Assembly (NCBI GenBank): GCA_032718475.1
Contig: JAUCBJ010007908.1
Span: forward strand, 31,626-95,625
Reading direction: 5' to 3'
Source: Nemertoderma westbladi
Lineage: Eukaryota; Animalia; Xenacoelomorpha
DNA length: 64,000 nt
The position numbers were made by a program, and so were the translations under genes. The notes beneath the pieces were generated by a model. It saw nothing but the letters and a program-made list of their open reading frames with translations, was not told the DNA's origin and made no database searches. Of this stretch, positions 12,129 to 23,818 are shown one piece after another (position 1 is the stretch's first letter; every line of letters starts with the position of its first letter).

Positions 12129-15100
12129 ATGCCTACTAAAGCTGAACTCGAAACCGAACTGGAGGTTTTAAGAGAACAGTTGGCTGGTCGTGGTAATCCT
12201 GATCCCACCTCAGCTCTTCTACATGCTTTAGTTAAATCACAACGCGATTTGGCTGATTCCTTAGCACAATCCCAAGCCCAAAATGCCCATCAATTTCAAC
12301 AATTACTTGGTCAACCACATCAACCTGTAGTTCATCAGGCTGACTCAACCCCTCGTAATCTTCAAATTAAAGCACCAATTGCTTTAGAACCGGATTTCAG
12401 TTTAGCAAAATTTGAAACTTGGAAGTCGGTTTGGACGGATTATTATTCTGCATTTCAGATGGATAGAATGGCTAGGGATAGGCAAATCTGTATTTTCAGG
12501 AGTTACCTTTCTATAGGTATGCGCTCTACACTGGAACAAGTTATTGACATTCCTCCTGACACACATGATAATCCTTTAACAGTTCAGGTGTTAATAGATT
12601 GTATTCAAAGTTATTTTCGTGGTAAACGGAATATAGCCCTTGATTGTGTTCAGTTTGATAATAGGAAACAACGTCAAAGTGAAAATTTTGATAGCTACCT
12701 GGTTGCTATTAAAGATCTTGCTCGAGATGCTGATCTATGTCGTCATTGTTTCGATCGGCGGTTGACTACTCTAATTATGTCTGGTATTTCTTGCGAGGAC
12801 ACCAGATCTAAACTTCTTGCATTGACTCCATTTCCATCGCTTGAAGATGCTGTAAATCTTTGTAGGTCTGAGGAATCAGCCCAAGCTGGAGTTCAGGATT
12901 TAAAAAACCCTTCAATCAACCAAGCTTCTCGACAATCCCGTTTTCACAACAAAAAGCCTTATAATTCCAGGCGCAACAATTCTTCTAAATCCAATTCCAG
13001 AAACAATTCTTCAAGTACTGGCCCTATAGTTTGTTATGGTTGTGGTAAAACAGACCATAAACGTGCTGACTGTCCAGCAAGGAACAAAGATTGTTCTTAT
13101 TGTGGCAAGGAAGGCCACTTTGCCAGTGTTTGTCGGTCTAAACCAAATAATTCGAATTCATCTTCAAAACCTAAGATAAAACCCATTAGCCGCATCACCC
13201 TCAATTTGGTTGGAAGCCATAATCGACAAGCTCCGAAAGTATTTCTGAACTTCTGTCATATCGCAACAGGACATTTATTCGGTTCTCTCAAAGCAACTCC
13301 AGATACTGGTGCTGAGGCCACTGTTGCCGGCTTAGATTTTCTTCAGGCCCTTTCTATTGACAAAGAAAATTTACTTCCACCAGACCATGATGATCTTTCT
13401 GCTGCTAATGGTAGTCTTCTTTCATGCATTGGTCTCCTCCACACCACAATTTCCTATGGTGAATATTCAACTGATGAGCTTATCTGCATTTGTGAAGAAG
13501 TCAATGGAATTCTTTTGGCATGGTATACTTGTCAAAACCTAGGAATTATTTCAAGTTCATATCCAGAACCAGTGGCAGAAATTCAGTCTGTTGCTTCTTC
13601 TAATTCTTCTAATATGTCACCAATTGGTATTAAAAACTCAATTCCAACAACATCATTCAAGGTTGACTTCCATCTTTCTGATGAACCTTCGCCTTCAGAA
13701 TGGGATACTGTTAAGCAGAAACTCATAAAGGCTTATTCTGATGTTTTTGACCAAGATGACAAACTTCGTCCAATGAATGGCCCACCCATGACCATTTCAT
13801 TAAAAGATGATGCCCAACCATATGCTATTCATACAGCCAGGCAACTTCCTTTAGCCATTAGAGACTGGGCTAAAGCTCGCTTAGAGAAAATGGTTGAACA
13901 AGGTATTATTTGTCCAGTTCTGGATAACGAACCAACTGATTGGGTCCATCCTTCCGATATCACTTCTGATATCACTTCTGATATCACTTCTGATATCACT
14001 TCTGATATCACTTCCGATATCACTTCCGATATCACTTCTGATATCACTTCCGATATCACTTCCAATATCACTTCCGATATCACTTCTGATATCACTTCTG
14101 ATATCACTTCCGATATCACTTCCGATATCACTTCTGATATCACTTCCGATATCATTTCCGATATCACTTCCGATATCACTTCCGATATCACTTCTGATAT
14201 CACTTCCGATATCACTTCTGATATCACTTCTGATATCACTTCCGATATCACTTCCGATATCACTTCTGATATCACTTCCGATATCACTTCCGATATCACT
14301 TCCGATATCACTTCCGATATCGATTCCATTCCAGACGCACTTTCCCGTGCCCCTGTTTCGGATCCTACTCCAGAGGATATTCTTTGTGATACAGATGTCA
14401 ATGACCATGTTTCCGCAGTCATTCGTCACGTGTCTACCTCAATTGTTGTTTCTGATGCTCCAAGTCATCTCAAGGATTCATATATTGAGTCTATCCGATC
14501 ATCTGCAAAGGATGATATTTCTTACATGGCTTTGGTGGATGCTGTTATTTCTGGATTTCCCTCAACATCCACACAATGTTCTGTGCACATACGCCCATTC
14601 TGGAATGTGTGACATCAGTTATCTTGTGAAGATAATCTTCTTTTATTAGGTTCCCGGATTGTAATTCCATCTTCCCTCCGCAAGAATGTCCTGAAGCACC
14701 TTCATGATGCTCATCAGGGCATTGAACGTTCTAAGAGGATAGCTAGGCAAACTGTATTCTGGCCTGGTATCAATAGCGATATTACAAACATAGTCAATTC
14801 TTGTCCCCAGTGTCAACTTTATCAACCAAGTTTACCTAAAGAGTCTCTCCAAAGCGAACCTCATCCATGTCTTCCAATGGAGGATTGCTCTGCTGATCTT
14901 TTCTACTTCAGCACCTGGTCATACCTGGTTTATGTCGATAGATATTCTGGGTGGCCATGCGTTCATTCTTGGCGTGCCGATCCTTCCAGCTCTCAAGTTA
15001 TTTCAGCTCTTCGAGGATGGTTCAAAGATTTCGGTATTCCAAAACGCCTTCGTTCTGATGGTGGTACACAATTTAATTCAGCACGTTATCATGATTTCTT

Positions 15101-15713
15101 ATCCGAATGGAATATCATCCCTGAGTATTCTACTCCTGAGTATCCTCAGTCTAATGGCCATGCAGAGGGGGCTGTAAAGGCCATGAAATCATTGATAAAA
15201 AAGTTAGATGTCGAAGGAGATCTAAACTCTACTTGCTTTGTTCGTGGTTTGCTGGAATGGAGAAATACTCCTAAAGAACATGGTATGTCTCCAGCTCAAC
15301 TGTTGTTCGGTAGATCCCTCCGTTCTACTATACCAGCTCATTCATCCACACTGGCAGGTGATTCATTCCCTATCCCTGGTCCTTCAACGTCTTCAGCAAC
15401 TGAATCATATTATAATGATCATGCTCACGACTTAACCCCGATTCCTATTGGTTCCCGAGTTTGCATCCAGAGTGCACATTCCAAACTATGGAACAAATCT
15501 GGTATCGTCCTTTCCCGTGGTACTAGGCGAGATTACCGGATAGAACTAGACAATGGTCGGGTGTATTGGAGAAATCGTCGTTATCTACGTTCCATCCCAG
15601 ATGACTCTTCTCTTCGTGATATAACGCCTCAAAAACATGTACAGTTCGCTGATGATCTTCCCAGGCGCAGTTCGAGAACTCACAAGCAACCAGCAAGATT
15701 CGGAGTTCAATGA
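12129..15713 (+). pseudogene. Gypsy gag-pol (Gag with two CCHC knuckles, protease, integrase); RT/RNase H absent; in-frame TGA at 14610-14612
   Basis: CYGCGKTDHKRADC and CSYCGKEGHFASVC; protease DTGA; integrase HHCC (LHDAHQG...CPQC) and D-D-E core (ADLF, SDGGTQF, SNGHAEGAV). ORFs 12129 and 14877 share one frame. Confidence 0.92.
13951..14321. repeat. 12-bp tandem array (CTTCYGATATCA, ~31 units) in place of RT/RNase H
   Basis: Read directly; translates as (SDIT)n between WVHP and SIPDALSR. Confidence 0.95.
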
Positions 15714-15784
15714 ACTGACCTATTGGTGGTGGTTGGATTTTTTTTTTTCAGTACAAATGTCTCCTACATTGTTCTTGGGGGAGA

Positions 15785-16085
15785 TGTTAGATTATGTATT
15801 GTTAGGGTTCTAGTAGACCCTGGCTTGGTGGTGGTTAGATCCAACCTACTGGTCTTTTACCTACCGGTCCTCTTCTGGTATTCCGGTATTCAGTCTTTCC
15901 TATCTTCTAGGTCTGTAGGTACAGTAACCGTTACCGGTACCTACTGTACTGCTGTACTGATGTGCTGTAAGGTGGTGGGTGTGTTCGTTGGTCTGTTGGT
16001 TCATATTATTGTTTGATATGCTGTTCTGTATGTCGACCATTAATAAACTGATGCAGCTGGTATTCATTTATTTCCGATCCCAATA
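15785..16085 (+). repeat. Gypsy 3' LTR
   Basis: Matches 11294-11594 and is followed by the TSD TATAC. Confidence 0.95.
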
Positions 16086-16824
16086 TATACCCTACCTTTA
16101 CAAGCGTTTGTCGATAGCTTGATACGCGGCGACGCTGATCCAACTACTACGGAGGACGATGGTCGTTATATCGAACCGCCAATGTCCCAGGAGCAACTTA
16201 CGCGTGAATTGGACTATAGAAAATTCACTGCTCGCTATACGCATCGTAATGGTACGTATCTGGACTTCCTGACTACTGGTCATCCTATTGATTTACACGA
16301 CACCGACGAGGTTGACACCGAAAGGGAAATGGTTTTATTTAAATATCATACCCAGCGGAGTCGAAACGACAAATCGAGAATAGAACACGAGAACTCTATT
16401 CGAAATCAACTCGAAGGATAGAACGTGGAAGAAGGTTGATGCGGACAAATAAAGGAGAACCACTGGAGAAGAGACATGGGTTAATGTCCAGGGTCCATAA
16501 TGTGAATAGTTTTCCCCGGGGCACGGGTGCTCGCGGGCGGTCTCCTTCGGGAGGCTGTAACTTTCTCTTCCTTCATCGTTTTCCTGTAATTATTGTGATC
16601 AGTGTCACAATTAAAAGGCAAGAATGAATGATGATGTGACGGAAAACACATCCATTGTGGTATCTCATGGATACTATCGTATATCCTCCCTCCTCTCTAC
16701 TCCTCTTACCCTCTTATACGTTGTTACTAAAGATACGACATATTTCGTCCCACCTTCTCTTCCCAACGTGCTCGGAGCTTCGGGAAACGAGCACTAAACC
16801 TCCCATCCCTTACTATTAATCTGG

Positions 16825-16985
16825 ATGCTAATATTGGTGTCCGCACCTCCTGTCCATGTCATATTCTGTTGATATTTATGATATCAACCTCCACCCCCTT
16901 ACCGTTTATTTGTATGCTAATATTGGTGTCCGCACCTCCTGTCCATGTGTCATTCTGTTGATATTTATGATATCAACTTCCACCC
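16825..16985. repeat. 89-bp-period tandem duplication
   Basis: atgctaatattggtgtccgcacctcctgtccatgt...ccaccc at 16825 and 16914. Confidence 0.85.
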
Positions 16986-17340
16986 TCTCGTTGATGATTG
17001 GATAATCAACCACCAAGGATTTCCTTAAATCCACAACCGTGATACAAGGACTGAAAGGACACGCAGTTAGTAGGTGAACAACTGGTACCATTGTGTGTCA
17101 TAAATATGGTTGTTCACCTCCCTCAATGATTGGAGATATAAATCTTATAATCTGTAGAACAACTGAGGCATTGAACTGGTTGTTCCCTCATCGCACTGGG
17201 GATAAATTCAGTTGGAGATAGTCCTCGAATGTTACAATCCTCCTACTGAGATCGTATTTCTGAATATTTAGAATGCGAAATAGTTTTTTCCTCTGCTCTA
17301 CCATCGCTGTCGGAGAACATATTAGGCATACAACAGGAAT

Positions 17341-19116
17341 ATGGAGAACATTCCATACCCTTTCGTTGATACTCAGCTGATTGCTCCTTGGGCCGAAGGC
17401 CGAGGTTTCTTTCGCACTATGTATGCCCATACACCCAGCGACATTACTAAAGTACAACGGACATCCATCGGACATCTTGCCTTTCAAGAATATGGATGGA
17501 ACTTCAAAGTTGGAAATCCTATCAATTACCAGCAAGTATATGGAGATCATTACTCTCGTTTATATTTTGATGGACCATTAACTGCGCCTGGTGCCGTATA
17601 TAGCTTTATGAGTGTTCCACTTCGCCCTTCCTTAGCTATATACACGATCTTTGAAAACGCAGCACTTGCCGGTTGGCTAGCCGATGTGTGCAGTCGTACC
17701 ATACGCGCTCACCCATTAATACTTGGAACTAAACTCGCCAAGTTAGACGAACACAATAAGTTCATACGTTTCGAATGTTTCCGGCGCTTTCTGACTCCGT
17801 TCCGTAACGTCGATAGTCAGTTCAAGGACCGCGCGCTGACCAAGCTCAGTCTGAGAGACTCAGCTGCGGAGAAACTGAGTAGCGCTGGATTTGCCGTTTT
17901 TCAAGACGTTTGTATACAGAACTTACATTCATCTGTTATACAAAGACCCCGAATACCTACAGGTTATTCTGTCGTGGAAATACAGACAGTGGATCCACTT
18001 ACTGACACAGACGCACCCACTTCGTCTATACAGCTGGAGGATGAACCAGTATGCTTGGAATCAGAAGCGATTCAGCCTACGGCTTCCCGGAGCAGTGACA
18101 CTGATTATGTCATAGAGTGGTATCAAGGTCCACAACGTCTCACAGCGTACGATTATCGACACGCCAACTACGTTTCTCGAAAACGTTGTCGATTATGCGC
18201 ATCGAGAGACCACTTCACCCCTCTAGACTCGAGCGTACCTTGTTCCTATTTCCTCGAACAACCGATGATGGAAATATATTGTGCTTATTGCCGGCTTAAT
18301 AACTCTCATATTTTTGCCGTCTGCCCACAATTTATGACTCAATGTCACTACTGTCAACTTAAAGGACATGAAAGTTACAATTGTCCCTTTAATCGCGATT
18401 TAGAGAGCGTAGACGAGATGATCACCCTGCGATACATCCGAGCTTGGGAAGCGAACGCAGATTTACATTGCGAATCCCGACATCGCTATTACCCTGGACG
18501 AGCTTACGAGGGAGTTTACGCGTTCCATCCTTATCTATTCGCGTCGATTGAACAGAAAACACGCGTACCAAGTTACGAGTTAATGAAGCGTGTTGGTGAG
18601 TGTATTTCCACCAAGTTTGTCAGAAAATACCTTAGAAACGTTAACCCTAATGATATAACCACATATCACCTGATCAATTTTATCCGTCAGGACCCTGAGT
18701 ATGGCGACATCTTTGTGAACTCGCATCCTGAACTACAGGAAATATCTCGGCGACCATATGAATATCGAACCCGAGAACGCGAGCTGGAGAGAACCATTAA
18801 ACCGAGAAAGTTCCTCACCACTCACGGTCCACCCACCGCTAGTGTCCAGACGACCCGTCAAGGACCCGTAGGAGCTGCTGTCCTGAGACGCGCTCTAAAG
18901 GCCGTTAGACCTCGCTCCACTGAGGTTGATATTAATCAACCAGGTACTTCGACCGGCGGGTATACCGATCGTAACCCTACACCTTCTGATGCAATTGTAT
19001 TGCACCCTTCGCCTCGGAGCTACAGCCCTCCTCGTAAAGTGGCTCGCCCCAAAGAGAAAAGGACTCTTGCTGGCCTCGGGAAACTGCGTAAACGCCGTCC
19101 GCGTAAGAAAGACTAA
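17341..19116 (+). CDS. BEL accessory ORF3, 3' part: 591-aa zinc-knuckle protein with basic C-terminal tail, function unknown
   Basis: Long open frame ending just before the PPT; CRLCASRDH, CAYCRLNNSHIFAVC and CHYCQLKGHESYNC (CX2CX4HX4C); ends KLRKRRPRKKD. The same C-terminus is at ~36500-36655. True start is uncertain. Confidence 0.7.
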   Translation: MENIPYPFVDTQLIAPWAEGRGFFRTMYAHTPSDITKVQRTSIGHLAFQEYGWNFKVGNPINYQQVYGDHYSRLYFDGPLTAPGAVYSFMSVPLRPSLAIYTIFENAALAGWLADVCSRTIRAHPLILGTKLAKLDEHNKFIRFECFRRFLTPFRNVDSQFKDRALTKLSLRDSAAEKLSSAGFAVFQDVCIQNLHSSVIQRPRIPTGYSVVEIQTVDPLTDTDAPTSSIQLEDEPVCLESEAIQPTASRSSDTDYVIEWYQGPQRLTAYDYRHANYVSRKRCRLCASRDHFTPLDSSVPCSYFLEQPMMEIYCAYCRLNNSHIFAVCPQFMTQCHYCQLKGHESYNCPFNRDLESVDEMITLRYIRAWEANADLHCESRHRYYPGRAYEGVYAFHPYLFASIEQKTRVPSYELMKRVGECISTKFVRKYLRNVNPNDITTYHLINFIRQDPEYGDIFVNSHPELQEISRRPYEYRTRERELERTIKPRKFLTTHGPPTASVQTTRQGPVGAAVLRRALKAVRPRSTEVDINQPGTSTGGYTDRNPTPSDAIVLHPSPRSYSPPRKVARPKEKRTLAGLGKLRKRRPRKKD

Positions 19117-19194
19117 CTGTTTAGAGTATCTTTAGGTTTTAGAAACTGTGATTTTTGTATTTTATAGACTGAAAATCCCATTTTCTGGGAGCGG

Positions 19195-20424
19195 TGTAAA
19201 AGCCTTTGCTGAATTGCCCCGTTATTTTTATTATCTTTTACATTAAAATACTCTGTAGTTGATTTAATAGGTGTAAGAGACCGTATTATTGCTGTATCGG
19301 TGTTTTTTAGAGGATCTAAGAGCTATTTCCTCCGTATGTGTACTGTGAAAGGCATAGTTGATGATTCTATGGCAATTCGTGACGCAATAGGTGATAGCTA
19401 CTCTTGAACAGTAGTTACTATGACTACGGTTAACAGCTGATATTCATACGTGTTGATTTTCTTTGTTCTACGGCATCTCTCAGTTCAGTCAGCCAATCAG
19501 AGCATTTTTATGGCTCTTGTACAGAGATTTCCTAGAAATCACTCAATGCATTATAGGCAGTGTTTACATTCTGTCCTGAGCCAGGAGAGAGCGGCTTGGA
19601 AATATTTTGTGCTTTTCTGTTTTAGCTTAACACTAGTAGGCTTAATTATAAGGACATATATCCGTTATCTGATGAACTAAACATAACTCAACTTAACAAA
19701 CCATAACTGACTGATGATCTGCATGTACCACATACCTGTGCATACGTTTATATTGTTATACTGCTATTTACTGTCGGTTCTTCATAATATGGTTGATGAA
19801 TTATTATATTTGGAATAACGATAAATAACCCCGAAAACCCAATATTCTTGATATACCGAAGGTAAGAGAGAAAGGTTACATATAACGATTGTGACTTATG
19901 TTAAAGTGGTTTGAAGTGAATCTAATGTTATTTGATAGACCCTACATGAGTCGGTCCGTGTTCCTTTTATATGTGGCTAAAATCAGTGAAGATCGGCAGA
20001 TCAGTGTGCAGTATTGTGCAGCATTGTGTATGAGTGAGTCTGATAACGAAGCATTTCCTAAAGAATGCGCCATATATGTGAATTATAACTAAGCCATATC
20101 GTTGTGAGTAGTTTAAGTCATAACTCTGTTTATATAGATAGAGCGCCACGTCCTAAAGGAACTGTTAATATTCCCCGAAGGTGAATAATATTGTCAGAGA
20201 TTATATAATACTGTCAGTCGAATAATACATTAAGCTTACATAGCAATAAGATTAAGCCGTCGAACCCAATCTCCCGGGTATATCCAGCGGGTGAATGATC
20301 GCGCACAGATTGGTTTCGACTAGTGTAGTGAATTAAATACTTGTCATAGGCTAAAAGTGATTTATTATCTAGAAGACATCCTAATTTGGCGGGTTAAACT
20401 GCCAAAGGTCTGAAAGCGCGAACA
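19195..20424 (+). repeat. BEL copy 1 3' LTR
   Basis: TGTAAAAGCC...GCGCGAACA, homologous to 22332-23534 and 36734-37933. Confidence 0.95.
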
Positions 20425-20749
20425 ACACATTAGAAGAAGAAGCAGAAGAAGGTTCAAACTAACATTACTGCACCATAGCAGGATCGGAAGTAAAGATATG
20501 ATAACATATCAGAATGTCTGTATAATAAAATAACACTCAACTGCACAGCAATTATCCAACCATCACCAATGTAATCATAATAATATTAATAACAGTACCA
20601 GTACACGGTAGGTATCCATCTCTACTAGGCTATACACCATGGCCTAGTTATACGTTCACATATCACAACAGGAATTGCAGTAGTTCATGATGCGATACAA
20701 TCTGGGCAAACACTGCACATGGTGGATCATACCTCTTAACTGTGAACAG

Positions 20750-21560
20750 TCCTTTCTGAAAGCCGCAAGACCAAGGATGGGGTATGTGTAGTGAATCAAG
20801 AGGTGGCATTAGCATCTCTACCTGCCCACTGACAGTGAACAGTGACTTGCACCATGCTCAATAAGACAGGGGGGCTGTTGACTGCCCAAACCAGTTTCCT
20901 CGATGCCACTGACGTCAGTCCAGATGAGTTTCGGGACAACCTGGTGCTCCGTTACGGCCTCACTCCACCGGGTCTCCCAGTGAAGTGCGAGGATTGTGGA
21001 GGACAGTTCTCCGCCACCCACGCATTGAGCTGCAAGTCTGGTGGCCTAATAATAAAATGACATAATGATATACATGAGGTGTTTGGAGATGTCCTGGCAA
21101 CGGCGTTTGGGACATCGATCGTCGACCCTACCCCATGGTTATCTGGATAGGTAAAGTCAGGATGTAGGGGGGTCTGGATGGATTTGATCGCTCGGGGGGT
21201 CTGTGCTAACAAGAGAGTGGCATCATTCAATATCGCTGTTATAAATGCTGGTGCCACCTCTTCTGTCCAGGCCAACCATTCTACAGAAGCTGCACTGCCT
21301 AGTCATCTGTGGTGAGGGCTGGAGGATGGCATTTACACCCATGGTCAGCACCATTGATGGTGTCTGGTGCACCGAGGCCCAGATATTAATTAGCCATCTT
21401 GCCGTGAGACACTCATGGCTCGTCGGGATGATATGTAGGAAACTGGCCTAGTGTGCATTGTGGGGGTGTGCGTCAGCAACTGCAGTTCGCGTTCCTTCAG
21501 TTCAACTCCCTCTGCCTGCGTGGTAGCCATTAGTCATGGTGGTCCATGGGTTTTGTTAAT
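20750..21560 (+). pseudogene. Decayed 3' fragment of a CRE-like non-LTR retrotransposon (zinc finger plus restriction-like endonuclease region)
   Basis: FRDNLVLRYGLTPPGLPVKCEDCGGQFSATHALSCKSGG..HNDI, then DLIARGV and FTPMVSTIDG, with stops and frameshifts. Boundaries are approximate. Confidence 0.65.
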
Positions 21561-22331
21561 CATGGCGCGGATTGATGTGGGGTCAGGCGGGCAGACGATT
21601 ATTAAGGACAGTATTCTGCAGCCTACCTAACTGTAGGACCAAAACTACAGAACTTGCTTTTGGCCCTACTTTGCTTTAGTAATACCGTTTTTATATATAT
21701 TATTATAAATGTTATTGATTATGTTTATAACCTATGTAATTTCAGCTGGTCGTAGGATTTTAGATCGAAATGGTAAATTTCTTCATAAATATTAATAATT
21801 TAATTGAATAAAAAAACTTGATAAACATGTGGCCTGTCAAAGGTTTAGAAATATTCTGAATTTTGGACAGAATCAAACTGTTTGTCTGTTGGTACTGGTA
21901 GATTCAGATTTTCGATAAAAACCACGATAAGTCAGCTAATCATTGCTGAAATTAAACCAAACTTTGTACGTATGCAGTCCATCACGCAAACCTCCATCAT
22001 CATGAGACCAGGGCCGTATTTAGGGGGGGGGGGGGGGGGGGGGGGGGGAGGGGCCGAGGCCGCAGTGCCCCCACCACAGGTGCCCCCCCCCCCCCCCCCC
22101 CCCCCCCACCACGATCCCACAACTATAATGATCGAGCAAACTATAGAGGAGCCAAACCGAAACCGAACTGAAACAGAACATAACAATTTTGAATTTTGCC
22201 TCTTATTTTTCCCAAAATAAATGTAAAACAAAAAGTTCGTGTGAAAAACATTAAATATTGTTGTATCTTATGAAATTATATTTTTTCACTTTCGATTCTT
22301 GCATTTTTGGATCAGATGTTTTTATACTGAA

Positions 22332-23534
22332 TGTAAAAGCCTTTGCTGAATTGCCCCGTTATTTTTATTATCTTTTACATTAAAATACTCTGTAGTTGAT
22401 TTAATAGGTGTAAGAGACCGTATTATTGCTGTATCGGTGTTTTTTAGAGGATCTAAGAGCTATTTCCTCTGTATGTGTACTGTGAAAGGCATAGTTGATG
22501 ATTCTATGGCAATTCCGTGACGCAAAAGGTGATAGCTACTCTTGAACAGTAGTTACTATGACGACGGTTAACAGCTGATATTCATACGTGTTGATTTTCT
22601 TTGTTCTACGGCATCTCTCAGTTCAGTCAGCCAATCAGAGCATTTTTTATGGCTCTTGTAGAGAAATTTCCTAGAAATCAGGCAATGCTTTATGGTGCAG
22701 TGTTTACATTCTGTCCTGGGCCAGGAGAGAGCGGCTTGGGAATATTTTGTGCTTTTCTGTTTTAGCCTAACACTAGTAGGCTTAATTATAAGGACATATA
22801 TCCGTTATCTCAAACCTTACTTACTGACACTGCATACTGTGTAACACTGTGCATACTTTAAACTGTTATACTGCTATTTACTGTCGGTTCTTCATAATAT
22901 GGTTGATGAATTATTATATTTGGAATAACGATAAATAACCCCGAAAACCCAATATTCTTGATATACCGAAGGTAAGAGAGAAAGGTTACATATAACGATT
23001 GTGACTTATGTTAAAGTGGTTTGAAGTGAATCTAATGTTATTTGATAGACCCTACATGATTCGGTCCGTGTTCCTTTTATATGTGACTAAAATCAGTGAA
23101 GATCGGCAGATTAGTGTGCAGTATTGTGCAGCATTGTGTATGAGTGAGACTGATAACGAAGCATTTCCTAAAGAATGCGCCATATATGTGAATTATAACT
23201 AAGCCATATCGTTGTGAGTAGTTTAAGTCATAACTCTGTTTATATAGATAGAGCGCCACGTCCTAAAGGAACTGTTAATATTCCCCGAAGGTGAATAATA
23301 TTGTCAGAGATTATATAATACTGTCAGTCGAATAATACATTAGGCTTACATAGCAATACGATTAAGCCGTCGAACCCAATCTCCCGGGTATATCCAGCGG
23401 GTGAATGATCGCGCACCGATTGGTTTCGACTAGTGTAGTGAATCAAATACTTGTCAGAGGCTAAAAGTGATTTATTATCTAGAAGACATCCTAATTTGGC
23501 GGGTTAAACTGCCAAAGGTCTGAAAGCGCGAACA
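22332..23534 (+). repeat. BEL copy 2 5' LTR
   Basis: About ten differences from the 3' LTR by eye; CCAAT motif at ~22631 and TATAA at 22787. Confidence 0.96.
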
Positions 23535-23545
23535 ATAACGGATAT
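23535..23545 (+). promoter_or_regulatory. Non-tRNA primer-binding site candidate ATAACGGATAT, complementary to LTR 22798-22808
   Basis: Directly abuts the LTR end, lacks TGG, and is the exact reverse complement of ATATCCGTTAT in the LTR. Confidence 0.65.
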
Positions 23546-23818
23546 TGCTTCTGTATTGCAGTAGGCAATAAAGCTGAAGTACCGGCAACCGGTACCCAGT
23601 AGGCCTGACTACCTAACCACCCGGACCGGTACCTACAGCAGTACAGGTACAGCAGTATTATTCGATTTTGATAATTATATACCGGTAGGCCTTAATAATT
23701 AATCAGGGACTGCAGCCCTGGTTTTTTATTGAGATTTTTACTTATTTCTGTCAAGTTTTATTTGTTTGTAGGCCAGTATTGAACAGAAGGCGTGTAAGCC
23801 TGATCAGATTGTACAGAC

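Larger units (their letters stand above)
11294..16085 (+). mobile_element. Ty3/Gypsy LTR retrotransposon (Mag-like), non-autonomous, nested in BEL copy 1
   Basis: 301-bp LTRs at 11294-11594 and 15785-16085, 5-bp TSD TATAC (11289-11293, 16086-16090), PBS TGGCGCAGT at 11595, PPT GGGGGAGA before 15785. The empty site with a single TATAC is at 35180-35184. Confidence 0.95.
11247..16421 (+). pseudogene. 5' part of BEL accessory ORF3, split by the Gypsy insertion
   Basis: Removing 11294-16090 joins MTELIEDDLGIRERY in frame to TLPLQAFVDSLIRGDADP...NQLEG*. The homologous uninterrupted sequence starts at 35138. Confidence 0.8.
1..20424 (+). mobile_element. BEL/Pao LTR retrotransposon, copy 1 (5' LTR lies upstream of the window; contains a nested Gypsy element)
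   Basis: Base 1 aligns with 24246 of copy 2. BEL-type gag-pol at 1458-9592, 3' LTR at 19195-20424 (TGT...ACA) preceded by the purine tract TGGGAGCGG. Confidence 0.95.

Noticed and set aside
19658-19730. CTGATGA twice in the copy 1 LTR, suggesting a hammerhead core
   Set aside because: Absent from both LTRs of copy 2, and no correctly placed GAAA, stem III and UH site.
19450-20149. Small ORFs repeated in each LTR, and antisense ORFs over gag-pol
   Set aside because: Short, no recognisable motifs, and repeated only because the LTRs and elements are repeated.
21882-22231. Poly-Gly/poly-Pro ORFs
   Set aside because: Produced by G and C homopolymer tracts at the MITE terminus.
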